NCBI RefSeq assembly: GCF_009914755.1
Contig: NC_060933.1
From: the human T2T-CHM13v2.0 reference genome, Homo sapiens
Strand: one strand, 5' to 3'
Length of the DNA: 64,000 bases
The notes under the pieces were generated by a model that did not search any database, was not told the DNA's origin, and was given only the letters and a program-made list of their open reading frames with translations. Position numbers and translations under genes: made by a program. Shown here piece by piece: positions 25,985 to 46,240 of the stretch (position 1 is its first letter; every line of letters starts with the position of its first letter).

Positions 25985-26812
25985 CTGGGAGAGTTGGCTG
26001 TTCTTGTCAAATGCAAAAATTAACAAAAAATAACAAGGCGCACAAACTGAGAAACATGACTCAATAAGAGTCAATGAGAGTCAATATAAACTGCCAGAAG
26101 CTGACAATAATGACATAAAGATTTATAAATTACCTAACAAAGAATTTGAAATATTTATCTTAAAGAAGCTCGGTATGCTGCAAGACAGCACAGAGAGACA
26201 ACTAAACAAAATCAGGAAAATGATGCATGAACAAAATAGATATAAACAAAGAGAAACTATAAAAAAGAACCCAAATAGAAATTATGAAGCTAAAAAATAT
26301 TATAACTGAATTTAGAAATTCACTAGAAGGGATCAACAGCAGGTTTGATCAAGCAGAAGAAAGAATTAGCAAACTTGAAAATGGGCCATTTGAAATTAGT
26401 CAGAAATAAAAAGAGAAAATAACAATGAAGAAATTCTAAAGGACTAAATGAAGAAAAGTGAAGAAACCTAAAGGAGATAATTAAGCAGACTAACACACAC
26501 ATTGGGAACTGAAGAAGAAGAGAATGAAGTAGAGACCTTGTTTGAAGAAATAATGGAAGAAAACTTCTTAAATCAAAAGAAGTAAATGAACATCCAAATT
26601 CAAGAGGATCAAAGGAATTCAATTAGGATAAATCCCCAAAGGCCCATACTGAGACATATCATAAACTGTCAAAAGTTATAAACAATAAGAGAATATTGAG
26701 AGCAGCAAGAAAATATTTGCTCATCATGTACAAGAAAGACTCTATAAGATTATCATTGGATCTCTCAGCAGAATCATTACAGGTCAGAACAGAGTGGGAT
26801 GATAAATTCAAG

Positions 26813-30315
<3,503 letters not shown>

Positions 30316-30407
30316 CACACATCAAGAATCCAGAAAAACAAAGTAAATGCCCATGACTGAATGACATCACTGGAGAATCCTATTAGACTTTTAAAGAACT
30401 ACCACCA

Positions 30408-31160
30408 GCTTTGCAGACGCCTCTGCTATCGGGTGCCCTGTAGTATCAGCCATCGTCAACCCCGCCGTGTTCTTCGACATCGCCGTGGATGGCGGGCCCT
30501 TGGACCGCGTCTCCTTGGAGCTGTTTGCAGACAAGTTTCCAAAGACAGCAGGAAACTTTTATGCTCTGAGCACTGGAGAGAAAGGATTTGCTTATAAGGG
30601 TTCCTGCTTTCACAAAATTATTCCAGGTTTTATGTGTCAGGGTGGTGACTTCACACATCATAATGGCACTGGCAGCAAGTCAATCTATGGGGAGAAATTT
30701 GATGATGAGAACTTCATCCTAAAGCATACAGGTCCTGGCATCTTGCCCATGGCAAATGCTGAACCCAACACAAACGGTTCCCAGTTTTTTCATCTGCACT
30801 GCCAAGACTGAGTGGTTGGATGGCAAGCATGTGGTCTTCAGCAAGGTGAAAGTAGGCATGAATATTGTGGAGGCCATGGAGCGCTTTGGTCCAGGAGTGG
30901 CAAGACCAGCAAGAAGATCAGCATTGCTGACTGCAGACAACTCTAGTAAGTTTGACTTGTGTTTTATCTTAACCAACAGACCATTCCTTCTGTAGCTCAG
31001 GAGAGCACCCCTCCACCCCATTTGCTCTCAATATCCTAGAATGTTTGTGCTCTCGCTGCAGTTCCCTTTGGGTTCCATGTTTTCCTTGTTCCCTTCCATG
31101 CCTAGCTGGATTGCAGAGTTAAGTTTATGATTATGAAATAAAAACTAAATAACAACAAAA
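30408..31160 (+). pseudogene. PPIA: PPIA (cyclophilin A) processed pseudogene
   Basis: Intronless 5'UTR-CDS-3'UTR-AATAAA(31137)-A tail; perfect 15-bp TSD aaagaactaccacca (30393-30407, 31161-31175). ATG>ATC at 30452, R55K at 30614, +1 T at ~30790, -1 G at ~30888. Specific PPIAP number not identifiable. Confidence 0.97.
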
Positions 31161-34100
31161 AAAGAACTACCACCAATTCTTCTTAAACTCTTCCAAAATA
31201 TTGAAAAGGAGGGAACATTTTCAAACTCATTCTATAAGAGCAGCACCACCCTGATGCCAAAGTCAGAAAAAGATATGAGAAAGAAAACTACTGCAGGCCA
31301 ATATCCCTGATGAACGTTGACATAAAAATCTTCAACAAAACATTAGCAAATGAAATCCAACAATATATTAAAAGGATTATATATTATGACTAAGTGGGAT
31401 TTAGTTTGAACATGAAAATTCATCAATGTAATACATTACATTAACAGATTAATACAGAAAATCGTGACAAAATTTAATATTCTTTTATGATAAAAACAAC
31501 AAACTAAGAATAGAAATATTTTACTTCAACTTAATAGATGCCGTAGGTAAAAGGCCCACCGCTAGCATCATACTCAAAATGGCAAAAAGCTAAAACCATT
31601 TTCTCAAAAGCAGGAACAAAGTAAGGATCCCTGTTCTCACCACTTCTACTCAACATAATACTCAAAATCCTATTCAGAACAGTACGGCAAGAAAAAGAAA
31701 TAAAAGCACCCAATAGGAAAAGAAGCAGCAAAATGTTCTTTGTTTGTAGACAACGTGATCTTGTATGTAGAAAACCCTAAAGGTATTACACACATTTCAC
31801 ACAAAACCTGTCAGAAGTAATAAATTTAGCAAAGTTGCAGAATTAAAATTTAACACAAAAAAAAACAGTTAAAGTTCTATAAACTAACAATGAACAATCT
31901 AAAAGGAAATTTTTTTAAAAATTACATTTAAAATAGCATCAAAAAATTAAAATACCTAAAAATAATCTTAACCAAACTGAAAAATTTACATCCAAAACTG
32001 AAATATTGATAAGTTGGAAAAAGACAAATAAATGGCAAGATATTTTGTGTTCCTGCTTGGAAAGAATTCATGTTGTTAAAATGTTTATACTACCCAAAGT
32101 GATCTATAGATTCAATACAATCCCTATTAAAATCTCAACAGCGTTTTTTTTTTTTTTTTTTGCAGAAATTGCAAAAAATTTCAAAAATTAATCTGGGATT
32201 ACTAAAGGCCCCAAATAGTCAAAACAATCTTGAGATAGAAAAACCTGGATGCCTCACACTTTCTGATTTCAAAACATTTAAAATCTGCAATATTTAAAAC
32301 AGCATGATAATGACATTAAGACACATAAAGGCCAATGGAACAGCGTAGAGAGCCCTGAAATAAATCCTCATGTACACGATCAAATGATCCTCAATAAAAG
32401 TGTCAAGGCTACACAATGGGGAAAGGGTAGTCTCTTCAAAAAATGGTGCTGGAACGACTGGATGTTTACAGGCAGATAAATGAAACTGGGCCCTTATCTT
32501 ACACTATATACAAAAATGAATTCAAAGTGGATTAAAGATCTAAAAATGAGAACTGAAGCTATAAGACTTCTAGAAGAGAACATGGGGGAAAAGTTTGAGC
32601 TATTGAATTTGGCAATGATTTCTTGGCTATGACGCCAACAGCACAGACAACAAAAGTGAAAATAGACAAATGGGACTACAGCAAATGGAACAACTTCTGC
32701 ACAGCAAAGGAAGCAAACAAGTGAGTGAAAAAGCATGGGAGGAAATACTTGCAAACCATAAGTCTGATGGGGGGGTATTATCCAGAATATATAAAGGACT
32801 CCTATATCTTAACAAAAATAGAAACAATCCAGTTAAAAAAAAAAAGGAATTGGGCAAGCACTTCTCCAAATAAAATATAAAAATGGTCAATAAGTGTGTT
32901 GAAAGATACCCAACATCAGTAATAATTAGGGAAATGCAAATTAAAACCACAATGAGATATTGCTTCACACCTGTTAGAATGGCTGCCATCACTAAAACAA
33001 AAAATAACAAGTGGTAGTGAGAATGTGGAGAAATTAGAACACTTGTACACTGTTGGTGGGAATATAAAATGGTGTAGCTACTATAGGAAACTGTGGAGGT
33101 TATTTTAAAAGTTAGAAATAATATGTGATCCAGCAATATCACTTCTGGGTATCTAAAATATTTGAAAAAGGATCTCCAAGAGATACTTGCACATTGGTGT
33201 TCATGGCAGCACTATTCACAATAGCCAAGAGATGGAAACAACCTAAATGTTCATCAACAGATGAATAAAGAAAATGTATCATATACATATAATGAAATAT
33301 TTTCAGTCTCACAAAAAGAAGGAAATAATGTCACATGCTTCTACATGGATCACCCTTGAACAAATTATGGTAATTGAAATAAGCCAGTCACAAAAGACAA
33401 ACACTACATAATTCCACATATATGAAGTATCTAAAATAGTCAAACTCTTAGAAACATAAAGTAAAATGGTGGTTGCCAGGGGTTGGGGCAAGAGGTAAAT
33501 GGGAGTTGCTTAATGGATATATAGTTTCAATTTTGCAGGATGAAAAAGTTCCAGAGTTCTGTTATACAATGTGTTTATATTAATACTACTGTATTGTGCA
33601 CTTAAAAATCATTAAGTTGGTAACTTTTATGTTATGTGTTTTTGACCGCAATAAAAAAGTAATTCATATGTCTAGTACAATGCCTGTAAAGAGTAATAAA
33701 AATATAATTACTATAAAACTGATTATAATAATGATTTACCAATCAGAGTAAAAGTCACCAACTTAACCTTTCAGAAGAGGAAAGTGAGTTCCAGAACATT
33801 CAAGAAACTTCAATAATAGAGCTCAGACAGGGCTTAAGCCACCTGCCTTCCTACTCTATCCCTCTCGTTGTGAGGAAGATTTAAGCAGTATAGATGTTAA
33901 TAAAAAAGATTGGAAGTTCTGAAGATCCATTCTTTTAATGAAACATTTATAGTTATTAGGAGCTTAACAAAGATTACCCACATGCCATAGATAGTTGAAT
34001 TAACACTATCTATGTGTTAATAACACATATCAATGTGGCATTCATAAGTACCATAGTCCATATGATTATCTGGGTGGGGTAAAGAGTTTTAAAGCATGAA

Positions 34101-35124
34101 AGAAAAATGAAAGAAACACCAAAACAGTAGGAGCATTCTTCAAAGAGGTCTTTAATTCACAGATTTTTAAGTCTTTTCTCCAACAAATCATAAGGCAGAA
34201 ATTTCACACTAGGGTGAAGAGAGAACACGGAGAAACAGCTAATAGCCTTAAAAAGAGACATTTTAATGAACTCTACAGATGTTATTAGAATTTTTAATTT
34301 AAGTGAAAAAAAGAAATTTTAAAAAGTGCCTGAAAATGTATGACAGAAAAAAATCATTTAAATTCACCCACAAGCTCCTGTTAAAATGCCCTCTTGTTAG
34401 ACTCCATACCTCTCTCTGTAAGCCAAAAAGACAATCAGAAAAGCCAACTGTTTCCTGGCCTCCTTATTAGTATTTGCAGGAGTGGAAAGGGAACTCCCAA
34501 ACTCTTCATGAGCTGGCAAGACTCCGATCTCTTCCTCTTTTCACACCCGATACTCACAGCCTCACCATTGCCATCTTTCTTGAGACCATGAAAACTCACC
34601 TTATTATACCCTTTCTCCTTGTTTATGTCACCAAAAGAAGCACAGTTCTCCCTGGTCAACTCTCCTCCCTGTTTGGCTCCACACAGTCATTATCTGCCCA
34701 AACCTCTGCCACATACATATTTAGTAACCCCTTTCCTTGCTTTATTTTTCTCCATAGCACTTATCAACAGCCACCTAATCATACATTTTGTCTACTTCTT
34801 CGGTTTGTTTTCCTTTCACACTAAAATCTAAGTTTTATGAGCTTGGAGATAGGTGTACATTTTGTTCAGGGCCATATATTCATCACCTAGAACAGTGCCA
34901 GGCACGTGGGAAGCATTCAATAACTATTTGGTAAATTTAAAAAATGTACTTGATAAATACACTTGGATAGTGTGCTAGAGATTTTGCTAGTGAGGCATTG
35001 AGGGAGAGGGGAGTGGAACTAGAGATGAATTGGTTAGGATCTCTGCCCTCAAAGAGTCTGCAGTCCAGGAGGAGAGAAGATTGTCATACAAGCTAGAGTT
35101 GAACAAGTGTTTTAAGAAGTGTAG

Positions 35125-35560
35125 TAAAGACTTCCAATGCTCCCCTCAGTCTGGTTCTCCTCTCTTTCCAGGCCAGTGCAACGATACCAATTTTCCATGC
35201 CCTTTGCCATTAAGCAGGGACATGTGACTCTTGTTCTGACCAAGGGGTTGTTAAGCCGAAGTGATGTGTGTCACATTTGGACCTAGGACTTTATTTTTAG
35301 TGCAAGAATCTCCAGTGTTGTCTTCTTGCACTGTTTACAACTGAAGAGATGGCATGTTCTAGATAGTGCAGCTTGAGGATGGAGAATCTTGCATCAGCCT
35401 GGATTGATGAGGGGCTGTGTGGAGACGGTTTCCCTGAACCTTCAGCAGGTTGTTTCACTAAAGAGAAATAAACTTTTGTTACATTATCTCAGCTTTTAAG
35501 TGATTGAGATTTGGGATAATTTGTTCCTTTAGCGTAATGTAGACTACCTTGATTAATATA
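35125..35560 (+). mobile_element. Old MLT1 (MLT1I/J-like) LTR
   Basis: 'gaagtgatgtgtgtcac' and 'gagaaataaacttttgtt...gagatttggg...cttgattaatata' end. Confidence 0.65.
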
Positions 35561-37003
35561 AGGAGTATAGAAGATGTCATTTTTCCTGAAGTCAGAATTA
35601 TAGCACATGTCTTGAAAAATGGTCTATTAGAGCAGAACATGTAAAATTAGGAACACCCTCCATGGCTTGGAAAACTGTGAAGACACCTCTCTAACTTTAA
35701 AAGAAGAGGAAGGTTCTATGTTTTCTTGTACAGTTGGACGCTGTATTACTTTCTCCTCTGACTTCAGAATGGCAAATAGAGCCAGGAAAAGCTGGAATAA
35801 AAGTTGAGAAAATATACCCTTCATAATGGCAATCCATCTGGAAGGTCATGAATTGAAAAATAGTTCCTGAGCGTCTATTCTATGCCCACCATTAGGTTAG
35901 GCACAAAAGGAGATGCCAGCGAAGACACAGTTCTCACTCTGAAGGAGACTATGGTCGTTACTGTAAATAGCTGCCAAATTGTCTACTGCAATATCTGCAA
36001 GGATTGTAAGAATTTAAAGGAAAGGAAGATCTCTGAAGTTTGGAGGGATCTAGGAAGAATTCTTAGAGGTGAGGGTTTGAACTTGGCCTTAAAGAATTGG
36101 CAGGATTTAACACTACTAGTTAATTGTAAAAATATATTTTTATGTATGTAATGTAATGTATTCTTATTAGACACAATGTGAATATCTATGTAGCCTATTC
36201 AATCTTTCAGCAATCCTGTAGACACTATCTCCATTTTACAGATAAGAAGACTGAGGCTTGGAGATGTTAAATAATTTATCCAAGCCACAGAGCTGGGATT
36301 TAAACCCAGGTTTATTTCCTGCCAAAGTAGATGCTCTTAATCCTTGAAGTTAATTGTGCTGAGATGGAAAGCTGAGGAGAGAGTCTTTGGGGATGAAGCA
36401 TGCTTTGGAGTGAACCTTACTTGCTTTGCTCTCAGACATTTCAGGGCCCTGACTTTATTGATTTTTCAGCAGAAATTTGAATATTTTTTTCTTCTGGTTG
36501 TGCAGGAGGAGCTAGTTGGTCTTTAAATGGTCCCCAAAGTAATGAAGCTGCCCAGCTATTAGCTTTGCTGAGTGAGCCACCTCTTCATATTTCCCAGGTA
36601 CAAAAACCCATTTCAACTCTTCACCTACACAGTTATGACAAGGAAAGTAAGTGGTGGGTGAAACTGGTCCCAGTTTATCCAGACAGCTGGTTTCTCTAAG
36701 GGGATCATCAGTGACCTTGTAGCAGAAAACCTAATATTGCCTGCTGGGATTCCAGTAGGACTCCAGCTACACAGTTTTATCTGTGGTGGGTGATTGAGCA
36801 TTGTGGGTTCAGTTTGGGTCCTTGCAGGAATCATACAGCATGCTCAGAGGGCTGACTGAAGAGAATTTAATGAAGAAACTGTGTGTAAAGCTGAGGGTAT
36901 CGTAAGGGAACCAACACAGAATAACGAGGCCCCAGGGATTAACAACGTCAAGAAGCCATTGACACGTCTAGGCAAATAAAGGGAACAGTAAGCTAAACCC
37001 AAG

Positions 37004-37503
37004 TGTGATAGACAGAAGAATGGCTCCTTGAAGATGTCTGTGCCGTAATCCTCAGGGTCTGTGAATATGCTGCCTTACATGGCAAAAGAGACTTTGCACA
37101 TGTGATTAAGGTTGAGGACTTTCAGATAAGGACATTATCCTGAATTATGCAGATGGGCCTAATTTAATCACTTAAGTCATTAAAGGAAAAGAACGTTTCC
37201 CTGCTATGGCCAGAGATGTGATGAAGAAAGAAAGGCCAGAGAGAGGCAACGTTGTTGGCTTTGAAGATGGAAGAAAGGGGCCATGAGCCAAGGAACATGG
37301 GCAGACCCAACAAGCTGAGAATGGTAAAGCAGAATTCTCAAGAGCCTCCAGTTCAGAGTGCAGCCTTGCCAACAGTTTGATTTCAGTCCATCAAGACTTC
37401 TGTCAGACATCTGACCTACAGAACTGTAAGATAATACATTTATATTGTTTTAAGCCACCAAGTTTGTGCTAATTTGTTTCAGTAGCAACAGAAAACTAAA
37501 ACA
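37004..37503 (+). mobile_element. MLT1D-like MaLR LTR, nested in an older MLT1 fragment (~36800-37780)
   Basis: tgtgatagacagaagaatggc...aaaactaaaaca; TSD ccaag/acaag. Confidence 0.85.
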
Positions 37504-37974
37504 ACAAGTAAGAGAGGCTACCTATAAGAGCTGTGGGCCCACATAAGGAAATGCCGCCACTGCCCAGCTATATTCCAGCAGTTAGGGAGGGAAATAAATG
37601 CTCTGACCTCTCTTTTTTCCCCGGCCCTGGCAGTGTTTCCCATTAGCTGAACCCATTAGCCAAAAGCTATAGGGCAAAACAGCCTAGATGATGCAATTCC
37701 TAAAGTTTAGTCCTCTAGAGTACAGAGCAGGGTAGAAAAGGGCAGAGATGGATTTATAGGGGCAAATAAAAAACAACCAGCATAGATGCTGAACTTAAGG
37801 ATGGAGGTTTTAAATGGTTGTGTTTCATTTGATTTCACTCATTATCATAGAAGAGAGGAAGTGAAAGGAAGCATCGCCATAACTGCTTTCAGGCAGGGGA
37901 TTGGATTAGTTCAATATATTTTCATTGTTATAGCTAGGGAGTAAATATGTAAATTTATTAATACAAATCAATCA

Positions 37975-38480
37975 GTCCAATCAATCATTCAACAAGTCTG
38001 CTTGAAAGACTTCCTATTTATTAGGTATCAAGAAATAAGTGGGGGTGAATGAAGTAGGTTACAAGAATGTATACACAGCCTTTGCTCTGTAGGAATTTTA
38101 AATATGCAGAATAGGGATGGAGCTGCAGTAGCATGGAGAGGCAGACATGTACAGCCAGCCATAGTTTATCTGTCAGGGCCATATGCTTGTATCTGTGAGG
38201 AAATATGGAATGAGGTAAAGCACAAGGGAGATGGGGGTCGGGGGAAGCATTCATAGAGAAGTGGTACTTAAGTTGGGCTTTGAAATACGGGTAGGATTTT
38301 CTAGCCTCAAAAAGGGAAAGGACATCCAAAGTGCCCAAAATGGCATGAGCAGAGGAAAGGCCAAAACCTTGGCATTCAGGGAACAGTGAGAAGTTTTGTC
38401 TTGCTGGAATATAGGATGCCTGGGGCATGTGTTACAGGAGTGGCATGATAGGATCAGTTATCTTATAAAGGGTTTTGAAT
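37975..38480 (-). mobile_element. L2 fragment
   Basis: Antisense L2 tail 'tcaatcattcaacaagt' followed by degenerate L2 sequence. Confidence 0.5.
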
Positions 38481-41400
38481 GTCGTGTGTATGTGCGTGTG
38501 TCAGTGTGTGGTGTTAGCACAGAAAAAAATGTGGTTTAGTACAGGAAAATAGTTGGCATGACCTGTAGAAGTAATGTGTTTATTACAAATACACTTTTTA
38601 AACAAAAATCAGCAAAATGTGTGAAACAGGTCATTGCTTCTGTAATATAAACATTTCTATCTCTCCAAGACAATTCTTGTCTCCTGCCCTCACATACCCC
38701 ACTCCATCCATTTATTTATAGAATTTTATACACCAAAATAAAATTCTAGACGAAAATGCTGAGAGAACCACAAACTCTGTATTCCCTGAAGGCAAACACA
38801 TGGCAGAGATGACTTCTTTGCCTCAGATGGTTCTTGTCCTCTTTCTCTTTATACCCCCTTTTCTCCTGGACTGTGCCTGCACGAAGACAGACAGACAGAC
38901 ACACACACACATACACAAACACACGCGGAGGTCAACTCTGAAAGTGCTCTCCTGATTGCAGGAAAATGACCAATGTCTCTCTCTGCACCTCTCAGAAAAT
39001 ACTATGCTGCCTATGGGGCCATTTGGCTGGTTGACTACATCAATGATTTCCAGCGTCCTGTTCAATATCATTCAGATGTGGCCATTGGCCTCAAAAAATG
39101 TACCTTGTCTTACTCAAGAAAAACAGCACTTCTATTTCAGAGGCTATTTAGGAGGAAGAAATGGAAATGCTTTCTTCCTCCAAGACCATCAGAAAAACTG
39201 GCCGGGCCTTCCTTGACATGAATCACACAGTTGCATATGTTTTTTTTTCCTGGGATCAAACCCTTTCTGTATTGCAAGTGGGCTGGATAGTGCATGAAAA
39301 GAGATGGCTTTTATTATTATAGACATTCTATTTAATTACACTGCAACTGTCTTCAGTAGAATACACTGGAATGCTGTGGTAACAACATACATCTTTTCCA
39401 AGAACCTCAGTGGTTGAGCAAACATGAGGAAAGCAATACTAAATCAGAGAGAAAGATCCAGCCTGGGATTCAAGAAGCCTTGGGCTCTTGTGAAAGTTGG
39501 TTTCACTTTTCTGTACCCAAGTCTTTCATTCACAAAATAAGAGGCTGAGGAAAAGATTTTAAAGAGACAATTAGGAGAGTGTGCTGGTTAAAAACAGCTA
39601 AAAATAATGGCTTAAATCCAGCTCTGCCACCTGCTAGCCATGTGATCCTGGGTGTGGCACATTGGTTTATTGTTTCTTCTATAAAGACGATAAAAATGGT
39701 GCCTAGCTATGGGGAGGGGTGAATTAGAAAATGGACATAAAGTGCTCTGCGTAGTGTGTATGTGGTCATGCGTGTGTGTAGGCTTGCGTGGAGGCAAAGA
39801 AAAGTTAGGACTCTGTGGGGCAGTGACAGAGCCTCTTTGTGGTCACTTAGGAATCATTGAATTGGAGTTTGAATGCTGTCCCTTGGAAGAGGGTAGTGGG
39901 CTACAGCTGCCACAGCTCTGTTGCATATTTTACCCAGTTACTTCTAGTAAAGAAATTCTTCAACAAATAGGATAGGAAATACATCCAAATCCAAAAATGG
40001 TGATAAAAAGTGACTTGGCAGGGGAAACCAATGAAGTATCAAATAATAGTGTTCACATCACAGTGAGCAAATGCTTGCTGAATGCAGGAATGAAATAGTT
40101 TCTGGTTGGAAAGGAACACTCATTACCACTGACTTGGCTTCACCTTGTATTAATTTGAGAAATCAGTGGTGAATGATGTAACCTGTCATCCTTTTCTAAC
40201 CTCTTTCCTTTGGAATTGGAGAATGAGATGAGCTTAACCAACGTCTCATCAAGAGGCTGTGAAATAAGCAATACAATGAAGAGGAATTAAAGTACTGCAG
40301 ACCATATCTCCTAAGACTTGTAGGAAATGATTCACAGTTCTGGTGGTGGAATTCTTACAGAACACATGGGTGGGGAGGGGAAAAAATAATCCATCCAACT
40401 GCATGCTGGCTTTTCTCAAGGTAAAGTCATTGATTATGCTGGGTTCATAACTTTCCCCCTAAAGAATGAGGCAGTCGGATAGCGTGGACATCAAGTCAGG
40501 ATGTGACTGGGGGCTAGAGAGGGATAGTTTTCCCTTATGGACTGAGAAAAATGAACTTGCCAAAAAAAAAATCTAAACTGGGAAATAGATATCTCCATTC
40601 CCTCTTTTCTGTCAAATTATCTCATGACCAGAAATCATTTAAATACTTTCCCCATCCCTGAAATGTAGGCCAATTACAAAGTTAGATGTTCATCTCCTTC
40701 ATGCATACGAAATGTGGCTCTTTCATCAGGAGAGGTCCATTAGTATGTGTCTACAGCCCTGAGTTTTATCATTATCATCACTATAATGGCCTTCCTGCCT
40801 GTTCAGAGTTTAGTGCCTATTGAAACAATTTTCAGTACCTTGAAATTCCCTGCCTTTAACCCAGTATTACAAAAGGTCTTCCTCAACTTGACAATGAATG
40901 GTGATTAAATTCACATGTATGGAGGTGGCCCAGAACATGGTTGGACCATCACACAAGAATAACAATACTTTGGTTTGTGGTCACTGATTCAGCTTTATAA
41001 TGCTAAAATCCTTTGAGGTTTTATTTCTATACATACTTGAGATCATCATAAGGCTTGCCTATATTCATTTATCATCTATCGGCTCACTTAAGTCATCCTA
41101 ACAAATGTTTATACTATTGCTTCACTTTTCTCCTGATCTTAGAGAAGACTGGGACATGCATTTAATGTTTCAACACATTCCTCAGTTACCACTGTGATGG
41201 AGTGTTCTTGGAAGCCTCTCCATTTTTTTTTTCCCCATCTCAAGGCCTTGGCTGCCTTCCAAGGGATGTACCTTTTGAGACAACCATTACCAGTTCTGGG
41301 TTAGGTCCTCCTCATCTCTACCACCTTACAGGTCTAATTCCTTCTGCCTCTAATCCAAATAAGGTTGCTGGCCATATCTGTCTAAATAATATTAAGATTA

Positions 41401-42139
41401 CTTTGGAATTGTGCTTTACATATTTCAGACCACTTTTCCTGAGAACTTTGATACCTAATAGTTTTACCAGCTTTGTCTTAAGGCGGGGAAAGGGCTGGTG
41501 AGTGAATATTTTCTAACTGGAAGTTATTTCTTGGGGCAGACTGTGGAGCTGGTTTACCCTGCTTGTCTTCAATAATAGCAAAGATGCTGGGCAGACACAG
41601 TTTGGGATCTGTTTATAGCCAAGATGATATATTAGTCTTTTCAGAGCACATATGGTCTGGTTTTCAAGTGTATCTTGAGGAATCATCTTTTTTTTTTAAT
41701 TGAAAAACAGTATACTGATACATCTGCATTTATAAAAGGTAGTATAAACAGATACTTCTTTTAGTGTATTGGGATCCAATAACCATCTCCATCTCACATT
41801 TTTGGAGACCCTAAGGTATCTCCCTTGTTTATTCTTACATGCCTTAGAGAATCAGTATTGTTACTTCATAAATCTGTATCACACTTGCTAAAAGTCCTTC
41901 TGCCACTCTCACAGTACTGGACGAAAGTTCTTGTATTATTAGTACTCATAATATTTGCAATAAAAAACATGATATTGAGCAAACAAAAATTCTTTGCATT
42001 TTTAAGAAAATTCTTCCTAAACACACAATGCTGTTCCATTGCTATTAATCTAAATGAACTGCACGTGTTCTCCCAGTTTAAATTTACTGTTCATTCAGAA
42101 ACGCCATTGTAAGTCCTGGATGCCTCAGCCCGTCTTCTG

Positions 42140-42311
42140 AGGGGAGTTACGCTTATTTTTTTTTTTTTGTCTTTTTTTTTTTTTCCTTTTTCTGGAGAAT
42201 GGGGTCTCGCTATATTGCCCAGGCAGGTCTTCCACTTCTGGGCTCAAGCTGTCCTCCCGCCTCTTGCCTCCCTGAGAGCTGGGATTACAGGCGTGAGCCA
42301 CCACACCCGGC
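42140..42311 (-). pseudogene. BCYRN1: BC200 (BCYRN1) RNA retropseudogene, tailless, retaining the start of the unique 3' domain
   Basis: Minus strand carries BC200-specific CCCAGCTCTCAGGGAGGC, GACCTGCCTGGGCAATATAGCGAGACCCC, CTCCAGAAAAAGG-An-GAC-An-TAAGCGTAACTCCCCT; 19-bp TSD tgcctcagccc(g/a)tcttctg (42121-42139, 42312-42330). It is a copy, not the source gene. Confidence 0.95.
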
Positions 42312-43274
42312 TGCCTCAGCCCATCTTCTGGATTGTTTTTCTTATTGGAGACTGATTGCTGGATGCAGCAACCCTCTGAATTAGGTCTGAGCAGGATATA
42401 TAAGTACTGAGATCATAAAGCACACTACAAAAGTCCTTAGGGCATTTCTTACTGAGATTACTCATGCTCTGTGGACCATTTTCTCCAGGAGTTCCTTGAG
42501 ATGGGTTTTGGTGTTGGAGGAAATCCTAAAGATATGGTGCTCTACGAAGGCTGCAATATTAGAAGGCCATTGGGATTCAGGGGAAAGCGGAAATCACTAT
42601 TTTAGTAGCCCTCTCCCTGCTAAAACTCAATTATCTAATTATATGAAATTCTATGAAATATAAATTTACTTCAGTATTCTATTTCTGCAGTGCTAAATAT
42701 TTTGGATTGACCATAAATATTCAGAATCATACCAAATTACTCTTGTTGAGGAATTCAGATCAATTAATTTATCTGCTCTGTGAAACTTTTCTCCTTAACC
42801 TTTGCTCTCCAAAATTCTGACCCAAGCTAAGCTAATCTGGTTTTTCTTTTTAGAAATCTGGAATTGGTACTGCTGGGCTTTGGAGCTGGAAGCTTATCCT
42901 GGGCAGGGACAATCACTTTCTGCCAATTATACAAAAAAGAACAAAAATCCGGTTGGCACAGAGAGAAAAGAATATATATAATGCAAAAATCAGACATGAG
43001 GATCAAACGGTCTTGAAGAGATGGAGATAGTTACTTAAGTCCTGACCTTCTACTCCTGGTTCACTTATCACATAAGATACATCTGTACTTCCCCATAAAT
43101 TTCCATTGAGACGTACTTTAATGTGAGCAGTGTTATGTTCCTTGGAAAAAATTGAGCTAGCTCAGGGTAAGAAAACAACCTATTTCCTCCTGCACTGAAG
43201 CAGTAGATATAGCTGCAGAAGAACACACAAATAATGTGATTGATTGATTGATATCCATTTATATTTACAACCAC

Positions 43275-45717
<2,443 letters not shown>

Positions 45718-46094
45718 CACATTCACAAATCTTAAGTGAGGGTCTAGCACTACCAAGTATACAACTTTGCTTCTCTGAATTGATTTTTTATTTTCCAAGA
45801 TGCTTATTTCATAATTTCTCCCCTTTCCTCAAATTTCCAAAACTCGTTTTGCTTGTCACTTTCATCTAATAACTCTAATTTTTAATTCATTGAAAATATA
45901 AAATAAATGAGAAAAGAATGACTTCATATGCCCCTGGACAACAAATCCACTATTGTGACTGTATTTGCATTCATCTACTCTACCTTCCCCACTGGTAAAG
46001 TGAATCATATGCCTTGTAAGGTAAGCCCCTCTTTATGTATACTGGGTTCCATTTTCTTTTGCCTACTTAAAGACTTCACTCCTTCAATTTGAAA

Positions 46095-46240
46095 TGATCC
46101 AAACACAAATAAATGACAAATGTGTGTGGTGACAGAGATTCTAATTACCCTGATTTGATCATTATACATTTTATGCATGTATCAAAATGTCACATGTACC
46201 CTATAAATATATACAACTATTATGTGTTAATAAAAAAGAA
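46095..46240 (+). mobile_element. L1MA 3'-end fragment (within L2 remnants ~45860-46730)
   Basis: 'aattaccctgatttgatcattatacatt...tcacatgtaccctataaatatatacaactatta'. Confidence 0.75.

Noticed and set aside
30408-31160. TRIMCyp-like fusion or functional cyclophilin retrogene
   Set aside because: No TRIM exons seen in the window; start codon lost, R55K, and two frameshifts.
32627-33142. 171-aa hydrophobic minus-strand ORF
   Set aside because: Antisense reading of the A-rich L1 ORF2 3' region.
38021-39221. ORFs of 135, 86 and 82 aa
   Set aside because: Overlap L2 or simple-repeat sequence, or lack homology and convincing splice structure.
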